Positions 1 through 10,041 of a stretch of 44,961 bases of DNA are shown here, one piece after another. This DNA comes from Pseudomonadota bacterium (lineage in GTDB: Bacteria > Bdellovibrionota_C > UBA2361 > OMII01), in assembly GCA_900299035.1 (NCBI GenBank), contig OMIG01000272.1, forward strand, positions 1 through 44,961, written 5' to 3'. The notes beneath the pieces were generated by a model. The model searched no databases, was not told the origin of the DNA, and was given only the letters and a program-made list of their open reading frames with translations. A program made the position numbers and the translations under genes. The stretch's first letter is position 1, and each line of letters starts with the position of its first letter.

Positions 1-940
1 CTTGGGCGATCTTGTCAGCGTCGATCGTCTCTGCTGTGTCGCTTGGCTGGTGGTAGTGCGGATTTCGGAACATAGCCGTATCGGTGAGCATCACTGCATC
101 AAATCCATTGAGCCAGAAGCTTCGATGATCAGAGAGGGATACCCCCTCAAGCGCGCGGGGCGCATTGATTGACTTAACCTCAAGGTTAGTCGCCACCGAG
201 AAGGCGCGCTTTAGCTCTAGCGTGGCCGCGCTAAGAGATGCCTCCCCGACGATCGCCAAAAAGTTGCCATTCGAGGGGTAGAGCCAGCGTAGGACCCTTA
301 GAGGGTATCGCTGGGAGCCTTGGGAGGCTGAGAAGTAGCCGATCGACTCTAGGCTGACCATGAGCTGAACATTCTCGCCAGCGCGGCGAAGCTGTGACGC
401 ATGCACGAAGCTGCCCATGTCCTGGGTTTGAGATGCTGGCAGCTCCTCCAGGGGGTAAAAAGCCAGGATGACTTTCACTGGGGGCGGGTGGTCAGCGAAC
501 AAGCGGTTAAGCTCCAGCAGCGCTGCGACGCCAGAGGTGTTGTCGTCTGCTCCGGGAGTGCCGGGCGCCGTGTCGTAGTGGGCTCCTAGTACGACAGTTC
601 CAGCTTTGGACTCGTGGCCGTGCTCTGCCAGGATGATTTGAAAGGGGACTCCGCTGACGAAGAAAGTTTGCAGCGAAACCCTGGTGTTTGTGCGGCGCAG
701 GGTGGCGACAATGTCATCGGCCATCCGAGAGAGCTTTTCGGAAGCCTCGGCTGGGCGGGCCCCCCAAGTTGTAACTATCCTTGATACGTCATCGCGGATT
801 CGCTCGGGGCTTGCGAGTCGGGCGACAGAAGGGTCGTGTGCCTGCCAGACAAACGGCCGGACGGTGAAGAGTGCGGCGCCCGCCACAAATAGGCACAGGA
901 GAACTAAAAGCTTGAGGGTGATTCTCAGGACCGTTCGCAT
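1..940 (-). CDS. M28 family zinc aminopeptidase; N-terminal ~313 codons, with the 3' end running off the left edge of the window
   Basis: Hand translation of the minus strand from ATG (940-938) stays open to position 2. It has an N-terminal hydrophobic signal/anchor (LKLLVLLCLFVAGAALF) and M28 motifs GAHYDTAPGTPGADDNTSGVAALLEL and SDHRSFW...RNPHYHQPSD. It is absent from the ORF track because no stop codon lies in the window. Confidence 0.8.
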   Translation of the reverse strand, partial: MRTVLRITLKLLVLLCLFVAGAALFTVRPFVWQAHDPSVARLASPERIRDDVSRIVTTWGARPAEASEKLSRMADDIVATLRRTNTRVSLQTFFVSGVPFQIILAEHGHESKAGTVVLGAHYDTAPGTPGADDNTSGVAALLELNRLFADHPPPVKVILAFYPLEELPASQTQDMGSFVHASQLRRAGENVQLMVSLESIGYFSASQGSQRYPLRVLRWLYPSNGNFLAIVGEASLSAATLELKRAFSVATNLEVKSINAPRALEGVSLSDHRSFWLNGFDAVMLTDTAMFRNPHYHQPSDTAETIDADKIAQ

Positions 941-1069
941 AGGCTACCTAGCGAACGGGAACTTAACCGGGCTAACGGATAGGGGAGACGGGACACACGG
1001 TGGCGAGGGGCCCCGAAGGCAAGGCAGGACCCCGCAACGGCCAAGCGCCGAAGCGGGGCCAAGAGCACC

Positions 1070-1402
1070 CTAGTACTCCTTATCGACCTCATCATCCGAG
1101 ACCTTCTCACCGTTGATTGCACGACGGAGAAGCTGGCTCGGCTTGAACTTAACAACACGGCGAGCACGGAGGATAATCGTCTCGCGAGTCTGAGGATTAC
1201 GGCCTCGACGAGCAGGCTTCGCCTTAACTTCGTAGCAGCCGAAGCCCGACAGCATAACCTTGGAATCCTTATCGAGGGCTTCCTTGATTAGCTCGATGTA
1301 GTCCTCGACGATTTGAGCTGCCTTCTGCTTGTCTACGTCGATGGCCGCGTAGATAGAGTCAGCGATGTCAGCCTTGGTTAAACAGTATCGAGAGTTACCC
1401 AT
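1070..1402 (-). CDS. ihfA: Integration host factor / HU family DNA-bending protein (IHF-alpha-like)
   Basis: 110 aa. LTKADIADSIY..., GFGCYEVKAKPARRGRNPQTRETIILRARRVVKFKPSQ matches the IHF/HU beta-arm (RNPxT...ARRVVxFxP). GGAG lies 7 nt upstream of the ATG. Alpha versus beta versus HU subtype is not certain. Confidence 0.75.
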   Translation of the reverse strand: MGNSRYCLTKADIADSIYAAIDVDKQKAAQIVEDYIELIKEALDKDSKVMLSGFGCYEVKAKPARRGRNPQTRETIILRARRVVKFKPSQLLRRAINGEKVSDDEVDKEY

Positions 1403-1717
1403 ATAGACGCTCCACGTAGGTACACTAGCACCTGAATTAACTTACTTACCGAGGCGAGACAAGAGGTTACAGCTAAGGAGCTGTTTCCGTGTCACTTCGG
1501 TTTGGCAACTCAAACCCCGACATCACATAAGTAGCTGTTATCAGGGCTGTTTGCACTTCGTTCAGGCCTCCCGGAAAGCAAACATCGGTCCAAAAAATCC
1601 ACTAACTAATGGTAGTTAGATTCATATTCGGGCCGAATTAGCTAGCAGCGAGGCTTGTCAGTTAGGACGCTCAATAGGGCTATTAAAGATTCAGCAAGTT
1701 ACAAAATAACCAGCCGA

Positions 1718-4700
1718 TTAAGCTTCTCCCTCAGGAAGCGGACTGAAGAGGCTTTCAAGATCTGCCTTCGATAGGTTGGCGGTCGATAGTCCATTCTCGT
1801 TGATCAGAGCGTCGACCAGCTTCGACTTCTTCGATTTCAGGTCCATAATCTTCTGCTCGACGGACCCCTCAGTAACGAGTCTGTACACTGACACTGTTTT
1901 GTTCTGTCCGATTCGGTGGGCGCGATCAACCGCCTGGCTCTCAACGGCTGGGTTCCACCACGGGTCGTAAATTATAACCGTGTCTGCCGCCATGAGGTTG
2001 AGGCCCGAGCCACCGGCCTTGAGGCTTATCAAGAAGAGCCTCACGGAATCGTCTTGAGAGAACCGGTCGATGAGCTCTTGTCGATTCCGAGTTGCACCGT
2101 CCAGGTACAGGTGTTCAACGCCGATCTCGTCAAGCCAGTTGCGGATGATGCTGAGCATCCCCCGAAACTGGCTAAAGAGGAGGATCTTCCGCCCAGATTC
2201 GAGGGCTTCCTGGGTTAGGTCCTTGAGCAGGGTGAATTTGCCGGAATCATACCCGGGCAGCTCACTGAAGGCGTCGATTGAGTTCGGGTGGTTGCATACC
2301 TGCCGGAGACGCAGCAGGGCGGCTAGGATTGACACGCTAGCCCCTTGCACTCCCTTCTTTTTGACCGCATCGAAGACCTTCGGGCGGACTTCATTGAGTA
2401 TCTGGGTGTACATGTCACGTTGGCTGGCTGTCATCTCCACGTGCAGCACTGACTCTATCTTCGGCGGCAGCTCTTTTTCCACGTCAGCCTTCAATCGACG
2501 CAGGATGAAGGGCCTGGTCTTGGCGTTGAGCATCTGTGCAACAGCGATCGCCGTGCCGCCTTCAAGGATTGGCCTCTCGATGTTAGACCTGAAGAACTCT
2601 GCTGAGCCCAGGTATCCCGGCATGAGGAAGTCCATAATCGACCAAAGTTCCATCGGGCGGTTCTCAGTCGGAGTTCCGGTCATAGCCAGCCGCCTGCGCG
2701 CCCGTATGGCCTTGGCGGCTTTGGTGGTGGTGGCGAGCGGGTTCTTGATATTTTGCGCCTCGTCGAGCACCAGGTACGAGAACTCATGCCTCTCTAGCTC
2801 GTAGCGGTCGACTCGCAGCAAAGCGTACGACGTCAAGACGATGTCGGCTTCGGGGATCTGATCGAAGAGGGACTTTCGCCCTGGGCCATGCAGCAGCAGA
2901 GACTTCATCTGAGGGGTGAATCGCCGGATCTCGTAGCTCCAGTTCGTTATGACTGAGGTGGGGGCAACGATGAGAACGGGCTTCTGCGCCTCCTTGCGGC
3001 CCTTCTTGTCTTTGAGGCTCTGGAAGAATGCTAGTGCCTGGACAGTCTTTCCCAAGCCCATCTCGTCCGCAAGGATTCCGCCCAGCTCGAACTCATGAAG
3101 GAAGTTGAGCCAGCTAATGCCGTCTTCCTGGTAGTGCCGCAGCTTGCCAACGAAGCCCTTGCTCGCGGTCAGGCGTGTGACTTCTGAGAATGAGGCTAGC
3201 TTCGCGCTCAACGCGGCCAGCCTCTTGTCGAGTGAAACCGAGAATCCGCTGTCGTTGATTCGAGCTAAGCTTATGGCCTGTGCGAGCGAAAGCTGAGTCC
3301 TAATGGTGTTGCTAACACGGCAGTTCGGGTCGACCATGCCAAGCATTGTTCGCAGCTGTCCCACGTTGCCGCCTGGGATTCTGGCGTATGCGCCGCTGTC
3401 GAGCCGAGTCCAGCGCTCCTGGTCAGCCCGCGCGTTTTTAAACAGTGCGCTGAGCGGCAAGTTCGCGTTGTTGTGGACGACTGAGATGTGACAATCAAAC
3501 CAGTCTATCGCGCCGGCGCGGCGCTCAAGCTCTTGGTTTCGTCCTGCAGGGCTGCTTGCGCGCTTGGAAGCTGATGCAAGGTTCACTGCGATGTTGAGCT
3601 GCGAGAATCGCAGGCTTTTGCGGATCGAGTCGAGGCCCACAAACTTCCACTGGCTGGCTAGCTTCTCATGGCCGTCGTACAGGAAGTCGAGCGCAGGATC
3701 GCCGTTGAGCATGTAGCGGCGAGGATCCGTGCTGGGGAAAAACCCAGCATCCTTGAGAGAGCCGAGAGCGGCGCTCTCAAAGGCGCGGTCTCGCAGGTAC
3801 ACGGTGTTCGAGTTGCTCGGAGGAGTTGGGTACTCAAAGTCAACCGTTGCGACAAGCTCAACTTGACGGCTTGAAGTGAAGTGGTCAGAGGCGACGTCTC
3901 GCCGATCGAGAGACAAAACCGGAGTCGGGACTCGAACTTCCGCCTTTGGCTGAAGTTCCGCGTTTCGAATCTCCACCACTTCGGGATTTATCGACTGAAG
4001 CTCGCCGAGCGCCTCGAGAATAGCCGAGACCTGCGAGCGGGGAAGCGAGAGGAGGCGCGATGCGCCGAAGATCGAGGCAATTCGCGCGGCAAGAGGAGAG
4101 AGCCGGTACATTCTGTTGCCTAGAGTTGTCCAGAACGGGCCAGTGCCAAAAACCTCCTGGGTTCGCTCCGACACTCGCTTGCCTTCAGTCACCCATTGCA
4201 TCTGCAAGTCGACTGAGTTGGGTTGCCAGGAGATGACGAGCCGAGCATCGATAGGGGTGCGTGATAGAGAGATCGGCTGAAGGTTGCTGACGGTGACGAC
4301 CGACTCGTACTCCTCAATCAGCCCAAGCACTAGCTCAATTCCCTTGCTGGAATTGATAAACCAGAGGTGATTGGCGTCATCCCAGGAGCCCTCGTCTTCG
4401 AGCGCTTGCAGAAGGATGTTGTCGAGGGCGCGGCTCGACGGCTGGCGGAAGCCGTCAAAGATGCTGGGCTCCTGTTCGACGTCGTCGAACAGGACCTTTA
4501 CCCCAAGCCTGTCGCTGGTCAGGTCGAGGAGAATGGATACTCTCGGAAGAAACGGGGAGTGAGATGGCAGAGGCTGGGCTGAAGAGCAAGGCTCGAGAGA
4601 GTGGGCCTCACGAATCGCGTCAGCGATCTCGTTGGGGGAGCCTGGAGCAACCCGAAAGGTCGACTCGCGCTCACCGAATCCGCCGCGTGGCTCAAAAAAA

Positions 4701-5026
4701 TCTAGCTCCGCTGCGCGCCACAGGAGAGCAACCGCGTGTGGGCACCACTGCTCCTGAAGGTCTGCCGCCGAGCAGCAAGAGCAGCTCGCGTCGATATCAT
4801 GAGATGAGAGGATGTCCAGCCGCACGGATCTTGTGACTGAAGGATCTTCATCTCGAATGCTGCCGGTGATGGTATGTCCCGTGAAGCTGCACTCAGTGAC
4901 GTGGTCTTGAGCGGAGAAGGCGATGCCGCGCTCGACGACGGAGTACGGGGCAAGCTTCCGGAGGTGGGTCAGGATCTTTGACTTGGTGGTGGCTTGGCCT
5001 CCGATCATCGAAGCAGGATACCACAT
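1718..5026 (-). CDS. SNF2-family DNA-dependent ATPase/helicase with N-terminal SWIM zinc finger
   Basis: SWIM CxCxnCxH (CSCCSAADLQEQWCPH). Helicase motifs LADEMGLGKT (I), LVLDEAQNIKN (II), GTPTENR, LLFSQF, GGSGLNL, DPWWNPAVESQAVDRAHRIGQ (VI). Start placed at ATG 5026 (MWYPASM...), because the longer track ORF to 5398 would overlap serA and its promoter. Confidence 0.9.
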   Translation of the reverse strand: MWYPASMIGGQATTKSKILTHLRKLAPYSVVERGIAFSAQDHVTECSFTGHTITGSIRDEDPSVTRSVRLDILSSHDIDASCSCCSAADLQEQWCPHAVALLWRAAELDFFEPRGGFGERESTFRVAPGSPNEIADAIREAHSLEPCSSAQPLPSHSPFLPRVSILLDLTSDRLGVKVLFDDVEQEPSIFDGFRQPSSRALDNILLQALEDEGSWDDANHLWFINSSKGIELVLGLIEEYESVVTVSNLQPISLSRTPIDARLVISWQPNSVDLQMQWVTEGKRVSERTQEVFGTGPFWTTLGNRMYRLSPLAARIASIFGASRLLSLPRSQVSAILEALGELQSINPEVVEIRNAELQPKAEVRVPTPVLSLDRRDVASDHFTSSRQVELVATVDFEYPTPPSNSNTVYLRDRAFESAALGSLKDAGFFPSTDPRRYMLNGDPALDFLYDGHEKLASQWKFVGLDSIRKSLRFSQLNIAVNLASASKRASSPAGRNQELERRAGAIDWFDCHISVVHNNANLPLSALFKNARADQERWTRLDSGAYARIPGGNVGQLRTMLGMVDPNCRVSNTIRTQLSLAQAISLARINDSGFSVSLDKRLAALSAKLASFSEVTRLTASKGFVGKLRHYQEDGISWLNFLHEFELGGILADEMGLGKTVQALAFFQSLKDKKGRKEAQKPVLIVAPTSVITNWSYEIRRFTPQMKSLLLHGPGRKSLFDQIPEADIVLTSYALLRVDRYELERHEFSYLVLDEAQNIKNPLATTTKAAKAIRARRRLAMTGTPTENRPMELWSIMDFLMPGYLGSAEFFRSNIERPILEGGTAIAVAQMLNAKTRPFILRRLKADVEKELPPKIESVLHVEMTASQRDMYTQILNEVRPKVFDAVKKKGVQGASVSILAALLRLRQVCNHPNSIDAFSELPGYDSGKFTLLKDLTQEALESGRKILLFSQFRGMLSIIRNWLDEIGVEHLYLDGATRNRQELIDRFSQDDSVRLFLISLKAGGSGLNLMAADTVIIYDPWWNPAVESQAVDRAHRIGQNKTVSVYRLVTEGSVEQKIMDLKSKKSKLVDALINENGLSTANLSKADLESLFSPLPEGEA

Positions 5027-5138
5027 TCGGGCTGTCAAGGGCAGTGGCTGTGGCGGCTTCCTGAGGGGGCCCAGATGAGGCCCGCGAGGGCCCAAAATCG
5101 GTGAAATTCCCTTTCGTTTCGGCCTTTGGCAGACTAGC

Positions 5139-6377
5139 ATGCAGGCCATGCAAAAGCAGTTTTCATTCCCCAAAGAGAAGATGAAGGTCCTGCTCCTCGA
5201 GGGCATACACCAAGCCTGCGTGGAGAAGCTCGTCCAAGCCGGGTATCGGCCAGAGTTAGTGAAGGGCGCATTGTCTGAAGCCGAGCTGTGCGAAGTTATT
5301 CCATCCGTCCATCTGCTCGGCATCCGCTCGAAGACACAGGTTACTGACAAGGCTCTCAGCAAAGCAAAGAGCCTTCTCGCAGTCGGCTGCTTCTGCATCG
5401 GAACTGACCAGGTCGACCTCGCTTCGGCTGCTCGTCACGGAGTCCCGGTATTCAACGCGCCATTCAGCAACACACGCAGCGTGGCTGAGCTGACGCTTGC
5501 CGAAGTTGTAATGTTGGCGCGGCGGGCTGCTCACAAAAGCCAGCTCCTGCACCGGGGAGTGTGGGAGAAGTCCGCTGAGGGATGCGTCGAGGTCCGTAAC
5601 ACGAGTATCGGGATTGTAGGCTACGGGCACATCGGTCCTCAGGTGGGGCTGCTGGCCGAGGCCTTCGGCATGAAGGTTTTCTACTACGACATCCTCGGCA
5701 AGCTTCCGCTCGGCAATGCGACTCCTGTGACGAGCCTTGAGGAGCTCCTTCGACAGTCAGACTTCGTTACGCTTCACGTGCCAGAAACGCCGGAGACCAG
5801 AAATATGATTGGAGCGGCGCAGATTGAGGCGATGCGACCGGGGGCTTTCCTGCTCAACCTGAGCCGGGGCCGAGTTGTAGACCTCGACGCGCTCAAGCGC
5901 GGCTTGGAGAGCGGAAAGGTTGCGGGAGCCGCAATTGACGTCTTCCCTGAGGAGCCGAAGACTAATGACGAAGCTTTCGCCTGCCCGCTCATGGGCATGG
6001 ACAACGTGATCCTTACGCCGCACATTGGCGGCAGCACGATTGAGGCGCAGCGCAACATAGGGCTCGAGGTAGGCGGCACGATGCTAAAGTTCACCGAGAC
6101 CGGGAGCACAACGGGCGCAGTGAACTTTCCTCAGGTAGAGCTGCCGATGGTCAGGGATTGCCATCGGATTCTCAACATCCATAAGAACGTCCCGGGCGTG
6201 CTTAGCTCAATTAACTCCATTATTGCGGGAGTAGGGGCAAACATCCGCGCCCAGACGTTGAGCACTCTCGGAGAAGTGGGCTACCTCATCGTCGATATCG
6301 ACAAAGAGATCTCAGACACGCTCCGAGTGGCGATCGATGAGCTGGACACGAGCATCAAGACTCGAATCCTCTTTTAG
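5139..6377 (+). CDS. serA: D-3-phosphoglycerate dehydrogenase (long form with C-terminal ACT domain)
   Basis: Colinear with E. coli SerA as I recall it: KVLLLEGIHQ, GCFCIGTDQVDL, PVFNAPFSNTRSVAEL, GIVGYGHIGPQVG, LTPHIGGSTIEAQ, C-terminal ACT-like segment. Confidence 0.95.
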   Translation: MQAMQKQFSFPKEKMKVLLLEGIHQACVEKLVQAGYRPELVKGALSEAELCEVIPSVHLLGIRSKTQVTDKALSKAKSLLAVGCFCIGTDQVDLASAARHGVPVFNAPFSNTRSVAELTLAEVVMLARRAAHKSQLLHRGVWEKSAEGCVEVRNTSIGIVGYGHIGPQVGLLAEAFGMKVFYYDILGKLPLGNATPVTSLEELLRQSDFVTLHVPETPETRNMIGAAQIEAMRPGAFLLNLSRGRVVDLDALKRGLESGKVAGAAIDVFPEEPKTNDEAFACPLMGMDNVILTPHIGGSTIEAQRNIGLEVGGTMLKFTETGSTTGAVNFPQVELPMVRDCHRILNIHKNVPGVLSSINSIIAGVGANIRAQTLSTLGEVGYLIVDIDKEISDTLRVAIDELDTSIKTRILF

Positions 6378-6389
6378 GTCAGAGGAGCG

Positions 6390-7742
6390 ATGGGGCCAGT
6401 CATCATCGGAGCGGGGATCTCGGGCCTTGCTGCCGCCCTTCGGCTTGTCCGGGCTGGAGAGCGTCCGACGATACTTGAGCCACGAGATCCTGGGGGCATG
6501 ATTCGTTCCCGCATCGAGGGGGGATTCACCCTCGAACTCGGCCCAAATGTGCTGGTCGAACGGCCAGACATCGTAGCCCTCTTAAACGAGCTGCGACTCC
6601 AGGATGAAGTCGTTTACCCGAGCGTTGAGCCCTACGGCCAGTACGTGTGGTTCCAGGGCGGAGCTTGCAAGGTCCCCGCAGGCGTGCGGGAGCTTCTCGG
6701 CAGCCCATTGTTCTCTCTACGAACTAAGGCTGCACTGCCGTGTAGGCTTGTGAGGAAGGGGGTGCTGAGAGCTGCGCACGAGGACGCATCGGTGCTGGAT
6801 TTCTTCGCGCCGCTGATCGGAGCGGACTCGGCGAAGGCGCTCCTCGACCCGGTCTTAAAGGGAATCTACGGCGGTGATGTGTCCAGCTTGAGCGCGCGGA
6901 CGCTCTTTCCGGGCCTCTGGGGCGCTGCCTGTGAAAAGAAGTCCGTTTTAGGCTACATGCGCAGCAAGCCGAAAGGCGGAAAGCCCAGGATCTTCGTGAT
7001 TCGAGGTGGCATTGAGAAGCTTGTGGGGGCGCTCATCAGAGAGCTTGACGGGAACGTCAACTGGGTACGAGATGCGGCAACCGCACTGCGAAGAACGGCC
7101 GATGGCTTCGAGATCGCCACGCGCAGCTCAGGGGTGATCCATACCAACTCGTGCATTGTGACCACCGCGGGGCGCACAACCTCGTCTTTTATAGGCGACA
7201 TTGAGCCGGAACTGGCGAAAAAACTCTCCGAAGTCGCCTTTGCCAGCCTAACGGTCCTGCACTTCGCTGTAGCGCGCGACGAAAAATTGATAGACAGGGC
7301 TTTCGGGGTTTTGTGCCCGGGAGGCATGCCAGAGAACTTTCTCGGCGTCATGTTCAACTCGCTCATCTTCCCCCACATGGCTCCTCCAGACCGGCATTTG
7401 CTCACCGTGATAGTGGGCGGCGCGCAGGCAGGAGAGGCGACACCAGACCTCGAAAGGCTCCGAGCGGTGGTTCCTGGAATGCTTGCAGAGATGTTTGGGA
7501 TACATGGCGCATCGTGGCTGGGCGACTTCTCCTGGCAGGGCGCTATCCCCCAGCTCGCGGTTGGGCACTTCAGGCTGGTTGAGGCGCTGGATGCCGCAGA
7601 GGATCGAAACCCGGGGCTCGTTTTCGTGGGTGTTGACCGAGGCGGCGTGGGAGTTTCAGATCGGCTGAGGGTGGCTCGAGAAGGCCTGGACAGGGTTCGC
7701 CCTGCGGCTGCCGATGGGGCAGCAAACAGAGTGGTTGCGTAG
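6390..7742 (+). CDS. hemY: FAD-dependent protoporphyrinogen/coproporphyrinogen oxidase (HemY type)
   Basis: N-terminal dinucleotide-binding motif VIIGAGISGLAAA, ~450 aa amine-oxidase-like length, immediately upstream of ferrochelatase on the same strand. Confidence 0.75.
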   Translation: MGPVIIGAGISGLAAALRLVRAGERPTILEPRDPGGMIRSRIEGGFTLELGPNVLVERPDIVALLNELRLQDEVVYPSVEPYGQYVWFQGGACKVPAGVRELLGSPLFSLRTKAALPCRLVRKGVLRAAHEDASVLDFFAPLIGADSAKALLDPVLKGIYGGDVSSLSARTLFPGLWGAACEKKSVLGYMRSKPKGGKPRIFVIRGGIEKLVGALIRELDGNVNWVRDAATALRRTADGFEIATRSSGVIHTNSCIVTTAGRTTSSFIGDIEPELAKKLSEVAFASLTVLHFAVARDEKLIDRAFGVLCPGGMPENFLGVMFNSLIFPHMAPPDRHLLTVIVGGAQAGEATPDLERLRAVVPGMLAEMFGIHGASWLGDFSWQGAIPQLAVGHFRLVEALDAAEDRNPGLVFVGVDRGGVGVSDRLRVAREGLDRVRPAAADGAANRVVA

Positions 7743-7762
7743 AACAAATGTGAGAGCGCTTC

Positions 7763-8851
7763 ATGAACAAGAAGTCATGCGAGTTTGGATGTAGAGGGTC
7801 GAGAGACAAGGTTGGCGTGCTGCTCGCACAGCTCGGCACTCCCGATGCGCCGACGCCGGGCAAGCTAAGGCCTTACCTGCGCCAGTTCCTTTCTGACCGC
7901 CGCGTCATAGAGGTCAACCGAGTGCTGTGGTGGCTGTTGCTCAACTGCGTCATCTTAGTTACGCGGCCGCGCCGTTCAGCGCGGCTGTACAAGAGGATTT
8001 GGCAAAAAGAGGGCTCGCCGCTCCTCGTCATCACCAGGCGCCAGACCGAGGGAGTTGCAGAGAGGTTGCGCCGGGAGTACCCGAATGTCGAAGTTGAGTT
8101 CGGCATGCGCTACGGCAAGCCGAGCCTTGAGAGCTCAGTCGATAAGCTCATTGAGCGTGGTTGCTCAAAAATCCTTCTCTTCCCGATGTACCCGCAGTAC
8201 GCAGCCGCGACCACAGCGTCAACGTATGATGCTGTCTTCCCGCACCTGCTCAAGCGGCGCTGGGTTCCAACGCTCCGAGTGGCTGAGCCGTACTTCGCGC
8301 ATCCGGCCTACGTCGGCGCATTGGCAACGGTGATAAACGAGCACCTCTCGAAGATGGAGTGGCAGCCGGATCGGCTGGTCCTCTCGTACCATGGGGTGCC
8401 AGAGAAGTACGTGACCAAAGGCGACCCGTACTGCTGTCAGTGCGTGGAGACGACAGCGGCGCTGCTTCCAAGAGTAAGCCTGCCGAAAGAGCGGATTATT
8501 CACACCTTCCAGTCTCGGTTCGGAAGAGACCCTTGGCTGCAACCGTACACAGATGAGACCTTAGAGCACCTCGGCGAGGAGGGAATCGGCTCGGTGGCGG
8601 TGGCAGCGCCTGGGTTCACGGCGGACTGCCTTGAAACGCTCGATGAGCTTGGCAATGAGGGAGAGGAGCAGTTTCACGAAGCGGGCGGCAAACGATACTC
8701 GCTCATTCCGTGCCTCAATGACCATCCGGCATGGCTCGACGGGATGACGGAGATCCTCAAGCAGGAGCTAGGAAGCTGGCTCGAGGGCCCAGCGCGGAGC
8801 GCAAGCGACTGCGCGATCTCGTGCCCGCTCAAGCAGGCCGCAAACGGCTAG
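7763..8851 (+). CDS. hemH: Ferrochelatase
   Basis: VGVLLAQLGTPDAP, LRPYLRQFLSDRRVIE, LLFPMYPQY, QSRFGRDPWLQPYTDE, PGFTADCLETLDE. An extra Cys cluster and a C-terminal extension are noted in findings. Confidence 0.95.
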   Translation: MNKKSCEFGCRGSRDKVGVLLAQLGTPDAPTPGKLRPYLRQFLSDRRVIEVNRVLWWLLLNCVILVTRPRRSARLYKRIWQKEGSPLLVITRRQTEGVAERLRREYPNVEVEFGMRYGKPSLESSVDKLIERGCSKILLFPMYPQYAAATTASTYDAVFPHLLKRRWVPTLRVAEPYFAHPAYVGALATVINEHLSKMEWQPDRLVLSYHGVPEKYVTKGDPYCCQCVETTAALLPRVSLPKERIIHTFQSRFGRDPWLQPYTDETLEHLGEEGIGSVAVAAPGFTADCLETLDELGNEGEEQFHEAGGKRYSLIPCLNDHPAWLDGMTEILKQELGSWLEGPARSASDCAISCPLKQAANG

Positions 8852-8930
8852 ATCTTCCTCGTGCTCGGCGGTTGGCTGTAAGGGTTGTATCTTTCGCCGA
8901 CGCTCGCTAAGGGCTAGGATCCTGTGAGCT

Positions 8931-10031
8931 ATGAAGAAAGCCATCAAAGTCTTCCTGCCATTTATCATCACAGCGGTAGCTCTCTGGTGGGCTTTCGGGG
9001 AATTCGCAGTTGATTGCGCTGCGAGGAATTCTACCCTGTCAGGCATCCTTACAGGCACATTCGGCCTCGTTGCCGATGGCCATAGCTGCAACGACCTCGT
9101 GACCAGCTTCAGCGAAGCGAAGGTATTCCCCGCGGCTGTGCCTTTCCTGTTCTGCTTTGCGGCGCACTTCTTCTTCCGTTCTCTGCGCTGGAGGTATCTG
9201 CTGCCTGCACAGGCTGAAGGCTCTCAGGTCTCCCTGCGCCAGCTCTTCGACTCCATGATGCTGGGTAACCTCGCGACATTCATATTCCCTTTCCGGCTCG
9301 GAGAGTTCATTCGGCCGCTGATCCTGTCTCGCTGGACCAAGTACAGCTTTTCGAGTGCCTTCGTCTCAGTCGTTATCGAGAGATTCTTCGATCTCGCGAC
9401 GGTGCTACTTTCTTTTGCTTTCATCATCGGCTCCCGCGAGGTAAGTCCGGCCGTAATGGCAGGCGCGACAGCGCTCGCTGTCATGAGCGCAGGCCTGCTG
9501 GTTTTCCTAGTCTTTGCCTGCATCTTGCCCGACTTTACTAAGCGCTGCGTGCTCTTTTTCAGCAGCCGCATGCCTGCCAAGATAGCGGCTCTCATCGAGC
9601 GATTTACGGGGGACCTCATCCGAGGCGCGTCAGTGGTCAAGACGCCTAGCCGCCTCGTGGCTATTTTGCTCCTCACAGTTATTGTTTGGAGCTTCGCGTG
9701 GCTGCAGTTCTACTTCATGCTGTTCGTTTTCCCCTGGGACCAGGGATTGCCGCAGTCTCTTGAGCTGAGCGTTGGTCTGGGAGTTTTGGTGGCATTAGCC
9801 ATCGCTGCGCCGAGCGTGCCAGGCTTCTTTGGAACTTTTCAGGCAGGGTGCAAAGCGGCTTTCCAGCTCTTCGGCTACAGCTCGTGGGCCTTTATCTCGG
9901 CCTACTCTATCGTGATGCACTTAGTAACCTACGTGCTCTTTGTGAGCATAGGGTTCCTCTTGCTGCGCAAGCACGACCTCAAGCTGTTTGACCTTAAGAA
10001 AGCCGCGAGCGAGGCCCCGCAGCCTGCCTGA
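8931..10031 (+). CDS. Polytopic membrane protein, UPF0104 / lysylphosphatidylglycerol-synthase-TM-like (flippase-like) family
   Basis: About 8 hydrophobic segments. The FFFRSLRWRYLL motif after TM2 is typical of this family as I recall it. Confidence 0.6.
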   Translation: MKKAIKVFLPFIITAVALWWAFGEFAVDCAARNSTLSGILTGTFGLVADGHSCNDLVTSFSEAKVFPAAVPFLFCFAAHFFFRSLRWRYLLPAQAEGSQVSLRQLFDSMMLGNLATFIFPFRLGEFIRPLILSRWTKYSFSSAFVSVVIERFFDLATVLLSFAFIIGSREVSPAVMAGATALAVMSAGLLVFLVFACILPDFTKRCVLFFSSRMPAKIAALIERFTGDLIRGASVVKTPSRLVAILLLTVIVWSFAWLQFYFMLFVFPWDQGLPQSLELSVGLGVLVALAIAAPSVPGFFGTFQAGCKAAFQLFGYSSWAFISAYSIVMHLVTYVLFVSIGFLLLRKHDLKLFDLKKAASEAPQPA

Positions 10032-10041
10032 TTCAGAGTAA

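Noticed and set aside
5125-5143. Sigma54-like TGGCAG-N5-CATGC just before serA
   Set aside because: The GC of the -12 element is displaced by one position, so GG-N10-GC spacing is not met. The motif also overlaps the serA start codon, so it cannot serve as its promoter.
5027-5398. A 124-codon N-terminal extension of the SNF2 ORF in the track (start at 5398)
   Set aside because: It would overlap serA by 260 nt on the opposite strand. The extension is Cys/Arg/Ser-rich with no homology-like features. The helicase sequence begins sensibly at ATG 5026, leaving a 112-bp divergent promoter region.
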